DNA from: a virus
Direction: 5' to 3' (one strand)
IMG/VR virus record: IMGVR_UViG_3300022745_000628
Coordinates: 96,001 to 160,000 of that record
DNA: 64,000 bases
Each line of letters begins with the position of its first letter. Positions within the stretch are counted from its first letter, which is position 1. Of the stretch, positions 18,383 through 28,418 are shown piece by piece. The notes below the pieces were generated by a model, which saw only the letters and a list, made by a program, of their open reading frames with translations, did not search any database and was not told where the DNA came from. A program made the position numbers and the translations under genes.

Positions 18383-18762
18383 TGGTGCGGGCAGCCACTA
18401 ACCACGTGGTAGACTTTTCGAAATTTGATCCCCGTAGTTCTTTTGATTGGCACCGCTTACGAATCGTGTTAAACGATCTCGATAGGCAAATGACCGCGGA
18501 TTTGCTGAAATTACGGCACATGGAAGAAGCTTCTTCCATGATTGCCCGTTGGCGTACTTCCGACGGGGCGCGCAGAAGTCAATATATTACAGACTTAGCA
18601 GAAATGCGGAAAGACGTCGTGTCATTGATTAGCCCATGGATATTGCTGGATCCGGAATTAGAAAAAGACGAACAAACTAAGATTTTCGAAGCTATGTACG
18701 CGCAATACAAGGAAATGGCCGCAGCAGGGTTGATTAACGACGGCTCGAAACCCGTAAAATAG
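18382..18762 (+). CDS. tail assembly chaperone, T part (gpGT-like frameshift extension)
   Basis: 126 aa, in the -1 frame relative to 17330-18382, immediately before the tape measure gene. Confidence 0.65.
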   Translation: MVRAATNHVVDFSKFDPRSSFDWHRLRIVLNDLDRQMTADLLKLRHMEEASSMIARWRTSDGARRSQYITDLAEMRKDVVSLISPWILLDPELEKDEQTKIFEAMYAQYKEMAAAGLINDGSKPVK

Positions 18763-18793
18763 AATGAAAAGCCGTTTTCTAACAAGGTAATAA

Positions 18794-21700
18794 ATGACAG
18801 AGCAGCTGTATGCATCGTCGGGCTACAGCCCGCCACCACAAAGCTTTATCGACGCGGCACAGCAGGAATACCTGTTTAATTCCCGTGGCCGTAGAGCTCC
18901 TAGGCCTGTATTCATGCCTGGAGATCTTGGTGGGTTTGAGGGCATCGGTAATCAGGTATTGCCGCATATCACGAGTCTGGGCCCGAACGAGCTAGCTATT
19001 ACGCAGTTTAATGCTACTCGTAATGTGTTTGACCAATTGAACGATTATCAAAATATGGTCGGCACGTCGAAAGCCGCACGGTTTTCCAGAGACTACGACG
19101 CCAACCGTATTTCGCAAATATACGGTGGTGGTATTCGTATGGCCAGCGGTCAGAAAAAACTGACCAAACAGCAGCAAGAGCAAGCACGCGCTGTTGGGCA
19201 AATGACGGCCGACAACATGAGCACAGCTATCGGCATATTTGGCGAAGATGCAGTAGATTCGGCTATGGGTAGCGCAGGGTCCGCCACGGTGATGGCTCGT
19301 CGAATACACAAAGCAATGCAGACTGCGATGGACCCTACTACTGGCGAAATAGGTTACACGGCCAATAGATCGGGCAGGTTATCCGCTGGATTGTACGACC
19401 AGCTGTATGGCGCTGCCGCTGCTCCCGAGGCCATGCGCGGTATACGAGCTGGTCAAACCGGCGAGTTGTTTCAAGAATTGCAATCGCGCGGAAGGCTTGG
19501 ACGTCCGCTCACATCTTTAAGTCTGGCCGAGCAACGCGGGCATCTGCCTAAAGAATTAGATGCTACGTCGCTCCGTCGCATAACAATGCAATCTGGCGAA
19601 GTGCAAGCGGCTATAGAAGCTGGGCAGCCTGTTACACCAGCCATGTTGTCCAGAACTGAAGCAGCTGTGAAGGCTACGCATAAACAACTTACAGATCCCA
19701 ACAAACATTTGACACAAGACGAAGTATCTAAACTAACTGGCGGCGAAGCCATGTTGCAAGATACCGAAGTCACCCGATTGGCCGACAAGATGCGCGGTAT
19801 GGCGAAATCTGTGCGAGCCATGCAAGATCTATTTGGTGATGCCGGTAAGCCGAACGCGCCTATGCGCGAAATAGTGCGAGCTATTGAAAATATGACGCAG
19901 GGCGCCGCCAGCTCCATGAGCGAACCGCAAATCAACGACCTTATTCGTAAAACGCAGGCTATTGCTAATAAGACAGGGCTAGGCGTAGACGCTGTATCCA
20001 TGTTGCAAAGCAATTCGGCGATGATGTCGCGTCAAATAGGCGGACACGGGTTATTAGGCGTACACGCTGCCAACGACTCTTTGCTACATGTTCAAGCAAT
20101 GGGGGATATGGGTGCATTCGACAATGCGACATGGGGTTCGGATACTAAAGAACAAGCGTTACACCGAGAAAGCAGCTTGCGAGTGCGAGCGGCTAATTCA
20201 GCGGCCGCCCAGCAAGCTGCGGTTGTAATGCGAATGCGCGATACATCTAATCTGAACGTTAAAAAGGATAGCGAGCTCGGCGCCTACATGGCTGCCGTAC
20301 AAGCTGGTGACGCCACCTATACGTTTAAAGGTAAGCATCTGTCCGTGGCTAAACGCGACGGAGCTTTCCGAGAAATGTTGAAGCGCGACTCCGATCAGTC
20401 TGCCGAAGATATCTCGGCTATGATGTCTGACAAGATAGGTAACGAAGAGTACGTCAATAAATACAACACAGGTGCTCTAGCCACAAAGGCTCAAGGGCTC
20501 GAGCAGCGGAGAATGGTTGCGCCAAAGCTAGCTCGTTATTTGCGCGGATCACTCGGTAAAGACATTAACGAACAACTACTGTCTTCCGGAGCGGTACAAG
20601 ACAATCAAATAGATAGCTTCTATAAGGGCGTGGCATCGCGTGTAACGCAAGATGCTTTCGATATGGATTCCGGTACGTTCAATGACGAAGCTGCGCGTAC
20701 GGAAGCGCTAGGGGCCTCGCAGGAACGGGCTATTGCAGCTGAGATTGATTCTCGGATGAAAGACAAGCCAGAAAAAGAACGCGAAGCATTAAAGAAGAAG
20801 CTGACAGACACGCTGAAGTCATCCCGTACTCGTCGCGGATCGAGCGCATATGCCGCGCTGAACGCGGCTGCCAACTTAAACAAAGATCCTAATAATCCAG
20901 CCGACCGTACGACACTGGAAGATTTGCGTCGCCACAGTAATAAAAGCGTGCAAGATACTGCAGACAAGATGGGCCGCGATGTTTCTGTAGAAGGTCTCAA
21001 ACGCGATGCCGCGGCTGGTTTCGGCAGCGGCGATTTCTTGTCAAGAATTAGCGACGCGATGACCAACGCAACTGGTGACGAAAGCGCAGATAAGATGCTG
21101 CGCACGTTGCTCGGTACGCCAGATACAGAAGCGCTGAAAATTAACGAAAATGACGGTGTATTTGCGCATATTTATGGCTTGGTAAATGACAGTCGAAAAC
21201 TCGACCCGGTCAATAATAAAGACGATTTTGTCAAGTTTAAGCAAAATTCCGAGATAATCGAAGCGCTGGGTTCAGGCGGCGCGTCAGCTAAAAATGTTCT
21301 GGATAAAGCTAAAGGCAGCGGTACTAAACTACCGGACGCATTACGCAAAGATCTTGAGAAGATTGCGAAAGACCCATCTAAAGCCGGCCGTGCCTTAGCA
21401 AAAGAAAAGGGCTACGCTGTGGATGCCAAAGTAAAGGGCGCTGCAGTAAGCGACCACGCTAAGTTGGCTAAAAAGCTTGGAGAAATATCGAAAGGCAAAA
21501 TAGGCGGGCCAGGCACGCGTGCCGAGCTCGGCGGCTTTTTAGATCGAAATGCAGTACACGGCGAAGCGCTATTGCGTGATGATGTTAGCATGCAGCAGCT
21601 TGGTTCTGGCGGGTTAGCGCTGGTCCAAGAAACGCAGGAAACTAGTGCGAAAATCAAAGAATTGCTCGCGAATGCTAACAAAGATGGCCGCCAAGTTAGT

Positions 21701-22162
21701 TTGTCCGACTATCGAGATCCTAACTCCAAACTGACAGAAAAAGAGCAATGGGACATTGAAGCCGGGCTTAAACGCAATGCGAAAGCCTGGGCGGAAATAG
21801 ACAAGCGTAAAGCAACCGGAATGATTGCCGGATCTAAGGGCAGCGTAGCTAGCAAACGTTGGAACAGCGAGGAAACCAACACAGCTAAAGCCGTGGAAGC
21901 GCTTAACAAAGTTAATACAGACGCTACTGGCGCAGCAGGCATGGCTCCCGGAGATACTCAATCTGCCGCTGCTAACGCGCGCATGTACAACAACGTTACT
22001 AAACCGTCCGCGACGTCCACAGAGCTCAAAAATGCTGAGGGCGCTAAACAAGACGAGCATATTGTTGTATCAGGCGTGCTACAACTTCGCCCAGACGGTA
22101 ACGTTGAAGCGGCGATGGAGGGTCAGCGTACCAGTCAAAAAGCCTTTGCGAGCGGAAGATAA
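18794..22162 (+). CDS. tape measure protein
   Basis: 1122 aa, Ala/Gly/Gln/Lys/Met-rich and predominantly helical; follows the chaperone pair and precedes baseplate genes. Confidence 0.8.
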   Translation: MTEQLYASSGYSPPPQSFIDAAQQEYLFNSRGRRAPRPVFMPGDLGGFEGIGNQVLPHITSLGPNELAITQFNATRNVFDQLNDYQNMVGTSKAARFSRDYDANRISQIYGGGIRMASGQKKLTKQQQEQARAVGQMTADNMSTAIGIFGEDAVDSAMGSAGSATVMARRIHKAMQTAMDPTTGEIGYTANRSGRLSAGLYDQLYGAAAAPEAMRGIRAGQTGELFQELQSRGRLGRPLTSLSLAEQRGHLPKELDATSLRRITMQSGEVQAAIEAGQPVTPAMLSRTEAAVKATHKQLTDPNKHLTQDEVSKLTGGEAMLQDTEVTRLADKMRGMAKSVRAMQDLFGDAGKPNAPMREIVRAIENMTQGAASSMSEPQINDLIRKTQAIANKTGLGVDAVSMLQSNSAMMSRQIGGHGLLGVHAANDSLLHVQAMGDMGAFDNATWGSDTKEQALHRESSLRVRAANSAAAQQAAVVMRMRDTSNLNVKKDSELGAYMAAVQAGDATYTFKGKHLSVAKRDGAFREMLKRDSDQSAEDISAMMSDKIGNEEYVNKYNTGALATKAQGLEQRRMVAPKLARYLRGSLGKDINEQLLSSGAVQDNQIDSFYKGVASRVTQDAFDMDSGTFNDEAARTEALGASQERAIAAEIDSRMKDKPEKEREALKKKLTDTLKSSRTRRGSSAYAALNAAANLNKDPNNPADRTTLEDLRRHSNKSVQDTADKMGRDVSVEGLKRDAAAGFGSGDFLSRISDAMTNATGDESADKMLRTLLGTPDTEALKINENDGVFAHIYGLVNDSRKLDPVNNKDDFVKFKQNSEIIEALGSGGASAKNVLDKAKGSGTKLPDALRKDLEKIAKDPSKAGRALAKEKGYAVDAKVKGAAVSDHAKLAKKLGEISKGKIGGPGTRAELGGFLDRNAVHGEALLRDDVSMQQLGSGGLALVQETQETSAKIKELLANANKDGRQVSLSDYRDPNSKLTEKEQWDIEAGLKRNAKAWAEIDKRKATGMIAGSKGSVASKRWNSEETNTAKAVEALNKVNTDATGAAGMAPGDTQSAAANARMYNNVTKPSATSTELKNAEGAKQDEHIVVSGVLQLRPDGNVEAAMEGQRTSQKAFASGR

Positions 22163-22165
22163 CCA

Positions 22166-22654
22166 ATGCCAGCAGTATTTTCAGATAGAACTGGGCAGGT
22201 ATCGGTAGTCACCGGCAACGGCATTGCACCGGCTGCTTTGACCATTAGTACCGGCACGCTGCAATTAAGTTCTAACCCTGTTATCGTCAATAACACGATC
22301 GTGACCAGCATATCGGTAAACGAGAACGTAAACGCACAATTCGCTTTGTCATTAAACAAAAGCGTACACGCGTACATATTTGGCGATCAAGTCGGACAAA
22401 TGGAAATAGGCGGTATGGCTTTTGGAAGCATGTGTTTCAAAGGTACGGTCCCGCAGCCTAAATCCGGGTTGCTGCGCATACAGGAGATATATCATGCAAA
22501 TAAGATGAGCAGTCGCGCACAGCCACTACTTATCGATATTAGCGGTATTAGTTACAGCTGCTTTTTAACGGGCGGCCGGTTCGGGTTCGTAGATCCGCAA
22601 AACAATGTAGCACAATGGTCATTTTCACTTGCTAGTGTAAAAACACAATCTTAG
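22166..22654 (+). CDS. tube-like baseplate/tube-initiator protein
   Basis: 162 aa after the tape measure; IVTSISVNENVNAQFALSL...HAYIFGDQVGQMEIGG resembles the tube-fold pattern of 13988-14548. Confidence 0.55.
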   Translation: MPAVFSDRTGQVSVVTGNGIAPAALTISTGTLQLSSNPVIVNNTIVTSISVNENVNAQFALSLNKSVHAYIFGDQVGQMEIGGMAFGSMCFKGTVPQPKSGLLRIQEIYHANKMSSRAQPLLIDISGISYSCFLTGGRFGFVDPQNNVAQWSFSLASVKTQS

Positions 22655-22663
22655 GAGATTCCG

Positions 22664-23425
22664 ATGATTAATCACGTTAGAACGTTATTGATCAACCGAA
22701 AGGTTGCGGATCTACCTAGATACGGGTCGGTAGACGAGTTTGTCCCTACAGACTACAAACCGGCGCCAGAAACCGCGGTTATACGCGCACTGCGTAACAA
22801 CATATTCGGTAGTGACCCGGATCTAGATTTTGTGAATTATCGAGCGCATATGTGTATGCGGTTATTACACGGCAGCCCGTGGGCGGCTTACATTACGCAT
22901 CGCGATTCGCGGATTACTTACGACATAAAAAACCAGCAGTTCTTCAACGTATTTAACACCACGGTTACTACAACATCTGATTTAACTGTCGGAGTTACAG
23001 GTAAATTTTGGGCTGACGAAATAACTGGCCGCGTATCTCGTCGCTGGACTATAGCATTTAATGGCACAGATGTTACCGTAGTGGACACGTTTACTAATAC
23101 AACTCAAACACAAGGGCGTACCGACGTTATAAAGCTGGTAAACAGTAATTTGTATTTCGCGTTGCCAAGCACAGCGTCCGAAGGTTTTTACGCAGAGGTA
23201 ATCGCTCGAGCCAAACCTGTGCGATCTATTACGGATATTATCGATCAAATTAGTCCGAATATCGCGCAAGCTGCGGCTAGCGAGATATTTAGCCATGTAG
23301 CTGATTCTGAAATTAGACAATTGTTCGCGTTATGGAACTACGAACCTTTATTACTATGTAAGTACGCAGCATTGTTACTAGGGTTGGCCAGACACACGGA
23401 ATTGTTAAATGAGCAAAACGCTTGA
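22664..23425 (+). CDS. hypothetical baseplate-region protein
   Basis: 253-aa ORF with an AGGAG SD, contiguous with its neighbours. Confidence 0.7.
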   Translation: MINHVRTLLINRKVADLPRYGSVDEFVPTDYKPAPETAVIRALRNNIFGSDPDLDFVNYRAHMCMRLLHGSPWAAYITHRDSRITYDIKNQQFFNVFNTTVTTTSDLTVGVTGKFWADEITGRVSRRWTIAFNGTDVTVVDTFTNTTQTQGRTDVIKLVNSNLYFALPSTASEGFYAEVIARAKPVRSITDIIDQISPNIAQAAASEIFSHVADSEIRQLFALWNYEPLLLCKYAALLLGLARHTELLNEQNA

Positions 23426-25079
23426 TATTCTTACATATCGGCTAACTATCACTGCCGAGATAAACGGCAAGCCTATAACTAATATCAACAATTTCAGTTC
23501 TACGTTTGCAATAAATACAATCCCATCCGCTAGTCTTACACTTGCGACCGGACGGGAAGTGCAAACTCTGGCTACCACTCCGTTTCACGATATCGGACTA
23601 GATAGCGATAAACCATTGCCCGCTAAGGTATGGGTGACTTATTCAGATCTTGCCGGTGCTACATACAAAGTACTTGTGTTTGAAGGTGAAACAGCTGGCG
23701 TTGGCTGGGCCAGAACGGCTAACCGCGCGAGTTTTATTATCCATCTGAAGCATTGGTTGAGTCATTTGAATTACGCCAGCGCTTTATCGTCTGCGATTCA
23801 TCCGGGAAATCCAGGTAATCTGACTTATCCGGCGGTAGAGCAGGTATTTCAAATTAACGCTGATACCGGAGAGGCGGGCTCAGATCGCCAAGGCTGGATT
23901 CACTCGATAACCACCGACGGACTTGATACCGCAATTGAAAAAGATATGTGGGACGAGCTCCTACTGCCTTACCTTAAAGAAGTAGTAGCACAGGATCCGT
24001 TCGATAGTCAATTAGAAGAAGTGCCGGTAAATACCGAAGCCAACGCCAAAATACTGGACGCGCTTAAGCGCATGACCAGATCAGAAATCGTAACCGCGGG
24101 TTACGACGGCGGAGCGCCGCTAGCGTTAAATTTGATCGATGCGCAAACCGAATTGCCAAGAGGCGACACAGACCAATTATTGGGCGGAATAGGTACAGAG
24201 TTATCCGACCGCTCTTCTCAAAGTTTTGCATATACGACTATTTGGGGAAAATTGATCGGTGAATACGGTCCTACGTTTTTATTCGAAATAGTTCCAACCG
24301 TATCCCATGCCTTAGTAGTGCCCATATCTGGCGCGCTGCGCAAAGACCCTTGGATGGTGTTATCTGGTGACGATCAATTACAAATAGAGCTGTCTGGCGA
24401 GATGGAGCAACCTCTTCGCGCTATCGCGATTATGCATCCTCTAGAAGATGTCACCAACATTAACAACGGCGGGCAGGTCACCCCGTTAAGCGTGGGCGGT
24501 AGCTTTGGCATGTACCAAGGCTCAAATACCGGCGCTATCTTGTTTAAAACCGCACCAGGTTGGCTTACGGCCGGCATGAGTGGGTATCGGGGAGATGCCG
24601 AAGGTCAGGGCGTCGGAGAAGGCGCAGATACCGTAGTTACATCAGCAGACGAGCTCGAGCCGCAGGCAAATAATTCAGACAATGTAGAAAAATTTGCCGA
24701 CGGCCGTAAAAAGAATGCGATGCTGGCGCAAGCTTATGCGCAGCAGCTATATATCAGCGAAATACTGAAAAGTCGAATCGGCTCTGTAACAGGCCCGTTT
24801 CGTCAGGATATTGCCCCAGGTTCCACAATCAAAATATTGGCGCCAGAAGATTTACTGCCGGAAATTCGCCAAGACGAGCGCACCGATTTTCTTGCAAAAG
24901 TAATTCAAGTTACTTCGGTAATTGATGCCCAAGATGCCTCAGCGGCCACTACTTTTACGCTTACTCACTGTCGCACTACGGTTGAAAATAAAAGCGATAA
25001 TTACAGTAGCCCGGCCCCGGCCTTATACAAAGCCGGCTGGGTTGGTGGCGAGCTTAGCAAGGCAGAACGAGTTAATTAA
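23409..25079 (+). CDS. putative baseplate hub protein (gp27/GpD-like)
   Basis: 556 aa; YKVLVFEG.....GW in the N-domain and GPFRQDIAPGSTIKI...KVIQVTSVID in the C-terminal beta-barrel; position typical of hub genes. Confidence 0.55.
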   Translation: MSKTLDILTYRLTITAEINGKPITNINNFSSTFAINTIPSASLTLATGREVQTLATTPFHDIGLDSDKPLPAKVWVTYSDLAGATYKVLVFEGETAGVGWARTANRASFIIHLKHWLSHLNYASALSSAIHPGNPGNLTYPAVEQVFQINADTGEAGSDRQGWIHSITTDGLDTAIEKDMWDELLLPYLKEVVAQDPFDSQLEEVPVNTEANAKILDALKRMTRSEIVTAGYDGGAPLALNLIDAQTELPRGDTDQLLGGIGTELSDRSSQSFAYTTIWGKLIGEYGPTFLFEIVPTVSHALVVPISGALRKDPWMVLSGDDQLQIELSGEMEQPLRAIAIMHPLEDVTNINNGGQVTPLSVGGSFGMYQGSNTGAILFKTAPGWLTAGMSGYRGDAEGQGVGEGADTVVTSADELEPQANNSDNVEKFADGRKKNAMLAQAYAQQLYISEILKSRIGSVTGPFRQDIAPGSTIKILAPEDLLPEIRQDERTDFLAKVIQVTSVIDAQDASAATTFTLTHCRTTVENKSDNYSSPAPALYKAGWVGGELSKAERVN

Positions 25080-25855
25080 TGGCAATTCCGGATTACATCG
25101 ATAAAACACTGCCTTTGGCTAGTGGCGGGCGCGCAGCTCAAACCGAGCCGTTTATCAGCGAATACAACGCCTGGAAAGCGGATCGTACACCTACCACCAC
25201 CGGAGCTTTGTTACAGGCCGTTAATCCGTTACTTACCAGTATGGCCGCGCGCTACGACGACAGCCCTAATTTAAAAGGGCAGGCTAAGTTGCTGGCTTTA
25301 AATGCTTTTGATACTTACGATCCTGCAAAAGGCACACTTCGTAACCATCTAATTTCGCATTTATCCGGCTTACAGCGCCAGTCAGCTAAAAATGACCAGA
25401 TTATCTCCATACCCGAGCGGATCGTAATAGATCAGAGTAACTTACGTAACGCCGAAAAAGAACTATCGGACGAGCTCGGTCGGGATCCTACCGATATAGA
25501 GTTAGCTAATCACAGCGGAGTGCCGCTGAAACGCATAGGGTATATTCGCAAAGCACGTCACGCGATTAACAGCAGTCGGTTTGTCGATGAGGCCGGCGAA
25601 CAGTATTCCCCTGCGTCCGCTATTCCTGAAAATAACGCTATGGCGGATGTTTGGCAAAATATCGTGTATCACGATCTGAGCCCGACGGACCAGCTTATTA
25701 TGGAACACAGCTTGGGATTGCGCGGTAAACCTGTTTTAGAAAACCGCGCGTTAGCTTCTAAGCTAGGAATTAGCGCAGGCGCGGTTAGCCAGCGGAAAGC
25801 TAAGATTCAACAGGCCTTGGATGAGCGGTTCCAACACACGGTATTTGGTGAATAA
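25079..25855 (+). CDS. sigma-70 family RNA polymerase sigma factor (regions 2-4, no region 1)
   Basis: Region 2 (LALNAFDTYDPAKGT), region 3 (ISIPER...LSDELGRDPTDIELA) and region 4 HTH (LSPTDQLIM...LASKLGISAGAVSQRKAK). Confidence 0.9.
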   Translation: MAIPDYIDKTLPLASGGRAAQTEPFISEYNAWKADRTPTTTGALLQAVNPLLTSMAARYDDSPNLKGQAKLLALNAFDTYDPAKGTLRNHLISHLSGLQRQSAKNDQIISIPERIVIDQSNLRNAEKELSDELGRDPTDIELANHSGVPLKRIGYIRKARHAINSSRFVDEAGEQYSPASAIPENNAMADVWQNIVYHDLSPTDQLIMEHSLGLRGKPVLENRALASKLGISAGAVSQRKAKIQQALDERFQHTVFGE

Positions 25856-26316
25856 TGGCCAATTCTGGCGGAACAGCGGGAACTCCAAAAAGTGCTATCG
25901 ATACCAACTTCAATCGGTATCTAGAGAAGCTGCGCATCAACGCAGCGGTATTGCAAAATGCATTTCAAGGTAAAACACAGCGGAAATGGCTGGCGGTCGA
26001 CAACGCTGGATTAGATCCGAGCGTTTTACCTGACCGGCTTCTAGAACGCAAAAACTTAAACGCTGCTTACGACGAAATAACCGGATCCGGCACTCCGGGT
26101 ACTCTAGGCGACATAATAGCTACCAAATTGCAGCTGGACTATTTAGCTATGGCAGAACGCGCTGCGCGAGCTCGCGCCGTCAGTTTGCCGAGAGCGGCGG
26201 CGTTAGCACACGGACGCAGATACGGTCAAGCACACGGCGCTATTTTCACAGACGCTCCCGGAGGAATACCGCACGCGATTAGCAATTACATTCGATCGGG
26301 AGGGCTATCCCGATAA
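25855..26316 (+). CDS. hypothetical protein
   Basis: 153-aa ORF coupled to both neighbours by TAATG overlaps. Confidence 0.7.
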   Translation: MANSGGTAGTPKSAIDTNFNRYLEKLRINAAVLQNAFQGKTQRKWLAVDNAGLDPSVLPDRLLERKNLNAAYDEITGSGTPGTLGDIIATKLQLDYLAMAERAARARAVSLPRAAALAHGRRYGQAHGAIFTDAPGGIPHAISNYIRSGGLSR

Positions 26317-26780
26317 TGGCCAATACCTATGACATCATTGCCTTTTCCGGTGCCGGATTTGACACGTTGCGATTAACTACGCAGTCGATTTTCTATTCGG
26401 ACGGGGAAGCGTCGCTTTGCACGGGTATTCAAAAACTCTGCCAGAAGTGGCTTTTGGAATTCCTGACTGCCCGAGGGTCGATGGGATTTCATTTAGCCAA
26501 TCGCGGAACAGATTTTCTAAGAGTATTTCGCGAACGACAATTTAACTCTGAAAGCGATGTACGTAGTCAATTCAATTTTGCTAGTACGCTTGTCTATAAC
26601 AATCTGATTAGCGATTGGACAGCCGCTACGCCGGACGATGAGAAACTCGGGTCTGCCGTACTGAACGGTATAGTCTTGTCCCCCGGTACACTATTGTTAA
26701 CCGTACAAATCACAAGTGTGGCGGGTACAAGCGCTACATTCAAAACACCAATTACAGTACTGCCAGCACTAGCAATATGA
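26316..26780 (+). CDS. baseplate wedge protein, gp25/GPW-like
   Basis: 154 aa; GIQKLCQKWLLEFLTARGS....RGTDFL pattern; directly before the baseplate J-like gene. Confidence 0.6.
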   Translation: MANTYDIIAFSGAGFDTLRLTTQSIFYSDGEASLCTGIQKLCQKWLLEFLTARGSMGFHLANRGTDFLRVFRERQFNSESDVRSQFNFASTLVYNNLISDWTAATPDDEKLGSAVLNGIVLSPGTLLLTVQITSVAGTSATFKTPITVLPALAI

Positions 26781-28405
26781 CTATAAAAGTAAAGTCAGTG
26801 TCTGAACTTAACAGTTTGGATGTACAAAGCAATCAAGCGTTAATGTCGCAAATCATAGGTGCTGCATACCCCGAGCTAGACACAAGTCGCGGTGTAATCC
26901 ACGACGTTATTTGTTTTTTAGCTGGCGGTGTCGTAAACGGTGTGACGCAGACAGAATTGCAACGTGTTTATGACTCGCGCAGCTTACTTGCTGTAAAAGC
27001 AGATCCGACCAAATACGATGCGGATGTACTAGACAACATCCTGTCTAATTTTTTTATCGAGCGTAACGCGGCATCTACGGCGGTTGGCAATATTACAGTC
27101 GTAATATCTGACAATGTTACGACCGTAATACCTAGCGGGGATATTTGGGCGATTGGTGGACTACAGTTCAAGACAATTTACTCTGTAGTAGCTCGTGTAA
27201 CTGGTACCACTATTATTGCTGGTAACGACAGAGCCATCTTTTCGCGAGGAGACGGCACGTACGAGTTTACTATTCCAGTTATCGCAGTCACAGCCGGAAG
27301 CGCTGGTAATATGCGCGCTGGTTTGACTGCTGTGCCGGCGTCCCCTGCCGCTAGATTCGTAAAGGCTTATACATCGGAAGATTTTACTGGCGGTGCCGAT
27401 TCAGAATCAGTGGACAAACTTATCGACAGAGTTATTAAAGGTATTCCTGCGCCGGTAGCCGCCGGCGGCAGTAATTTACAATCGATGCTGCGGCGTTACG
27501 GACCTTACCCTACGGCAGAGTTTTCGATAGTCGGTTTCGGTAACCGAGCGCAGTTGCGAGACAAACGCTCTTTGTTTCCGATCGCAACAGGTGGAAAAGT
27601 AGATGTCTACGCTAGAACTGCCGTCAACACTATAACGATTAACAAGCGCAAACAATGCGTTTTACAAGAAGTCCTCGGACCTAAATCTAGTTTGTGGTCC
27701 GCCCATATCTTAAAAACCGATTTCCCAGGTTTTTACAGAGCTCTGTCGGCTAGCAATTCCACCACTAACGTTGGAAACTCGTTCCCTATCGAAAGCACGC
27801 TGAAATCGATTAATCTGGAAGATTACGATTCTGCGCCGGACATTCAAAACAATACAGAAGGCGCGTTCTCCGCGTTCCAGACAGCTACTCTTACGTTTAT
27901 AGATACGCTGACAGACACTTCAACGCTGACGCCAGGAGACACGGCGTACTACAGCATTGCGTTAAACGGACAGCCGGGTATTGCCGAATTACAGCAAGTC
28001 GTCAGCGATAGTGCTCACCGTATGTGGAGCGGCGATGTATTGATCAAAGCTGCGGTACCTGCCGAGATATTCATAGATATATCGGTGGATAACGGCAGCG
28101 TCAGCCTTTCAGACGCGGATAAACAAATTATTCAAGCTGCGGCAGCTAGCGCAGCCACTCCAGCAGGTTTTCCTGGCAAAGTGTACTTATCCGATATGAT
28201 CCGCGCGGCAGCTACGGCATTGCCAATAGGTACACAGCTTAGACGGCTTAGTGCGTACGCTACTGTGTTGCAGACAGACGGTACTGAGCTTCACATCTCA
28301 AATAGCACAGAGCTGACCATCCCGGATTTGCCAGATCAAGGGGTTACAGCTGCCACAGTAGGTTTCTTCTGTCACCCTTCCAACGTGAGCGTATCCACAA
28401 ATTAA
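26777..28405 (+). CDS. baseplate J-like wedge protein
   Basis: LDTSRGVIHDV...FFIERNAASTAVGNITV, VIAVTAGSAGN and FTGGADSESVDKLIDR...GGKVDVY match the Baseplate_J pattern. Confidence 0.85.
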   Translation: MTIKVKSVSELNSLDVQSNQALMSQIIGAAYPELDTSRGVIHDVICFLAGGVVNGVTQTELQRVYDSRSLLAVKADPTKYDADVLDNILSNFFIERNAASTAVGNITVVISDNVTTVIPSGDIWAIGGLQFKTIYSVVARVTGTTIIAGNDRAIFSRGDGTYEFTIPVIAVTAGSAGNMRAGLTAVPASPAARFVKAYTSEDFTGGADSESVDKLIDRVIKGIPAPVAAGGSNLQSMLRRYGPYPTAEFSIVGFGNRAQLRDKRSLFPIATGGKVDVYARTAVNTITINKRKQCVLQEVLGPKSSLWSAHILKTDFPGFYRALSASNSTTNVGNSFPIESTLKSINLEDYDSAPDIQNNTEGAFSAFQTATLTFIDTLTDTSTLTPGDTAYYSIALNGQPGIAELQQVVSDSAHRMWSGDVLIKAAVPAEIFIDISVDNGSVSLSDADKQIIQAAAASAATPAGFPGKVYLSDMIRAAATALPIGTQLRRLSAYATVLQTDGTELHISNSTELTIPDLPDQGVTAATVGFFCHPSNVSVSTN

Positions 28406-28418
28406 CGAGTTCAATTTT

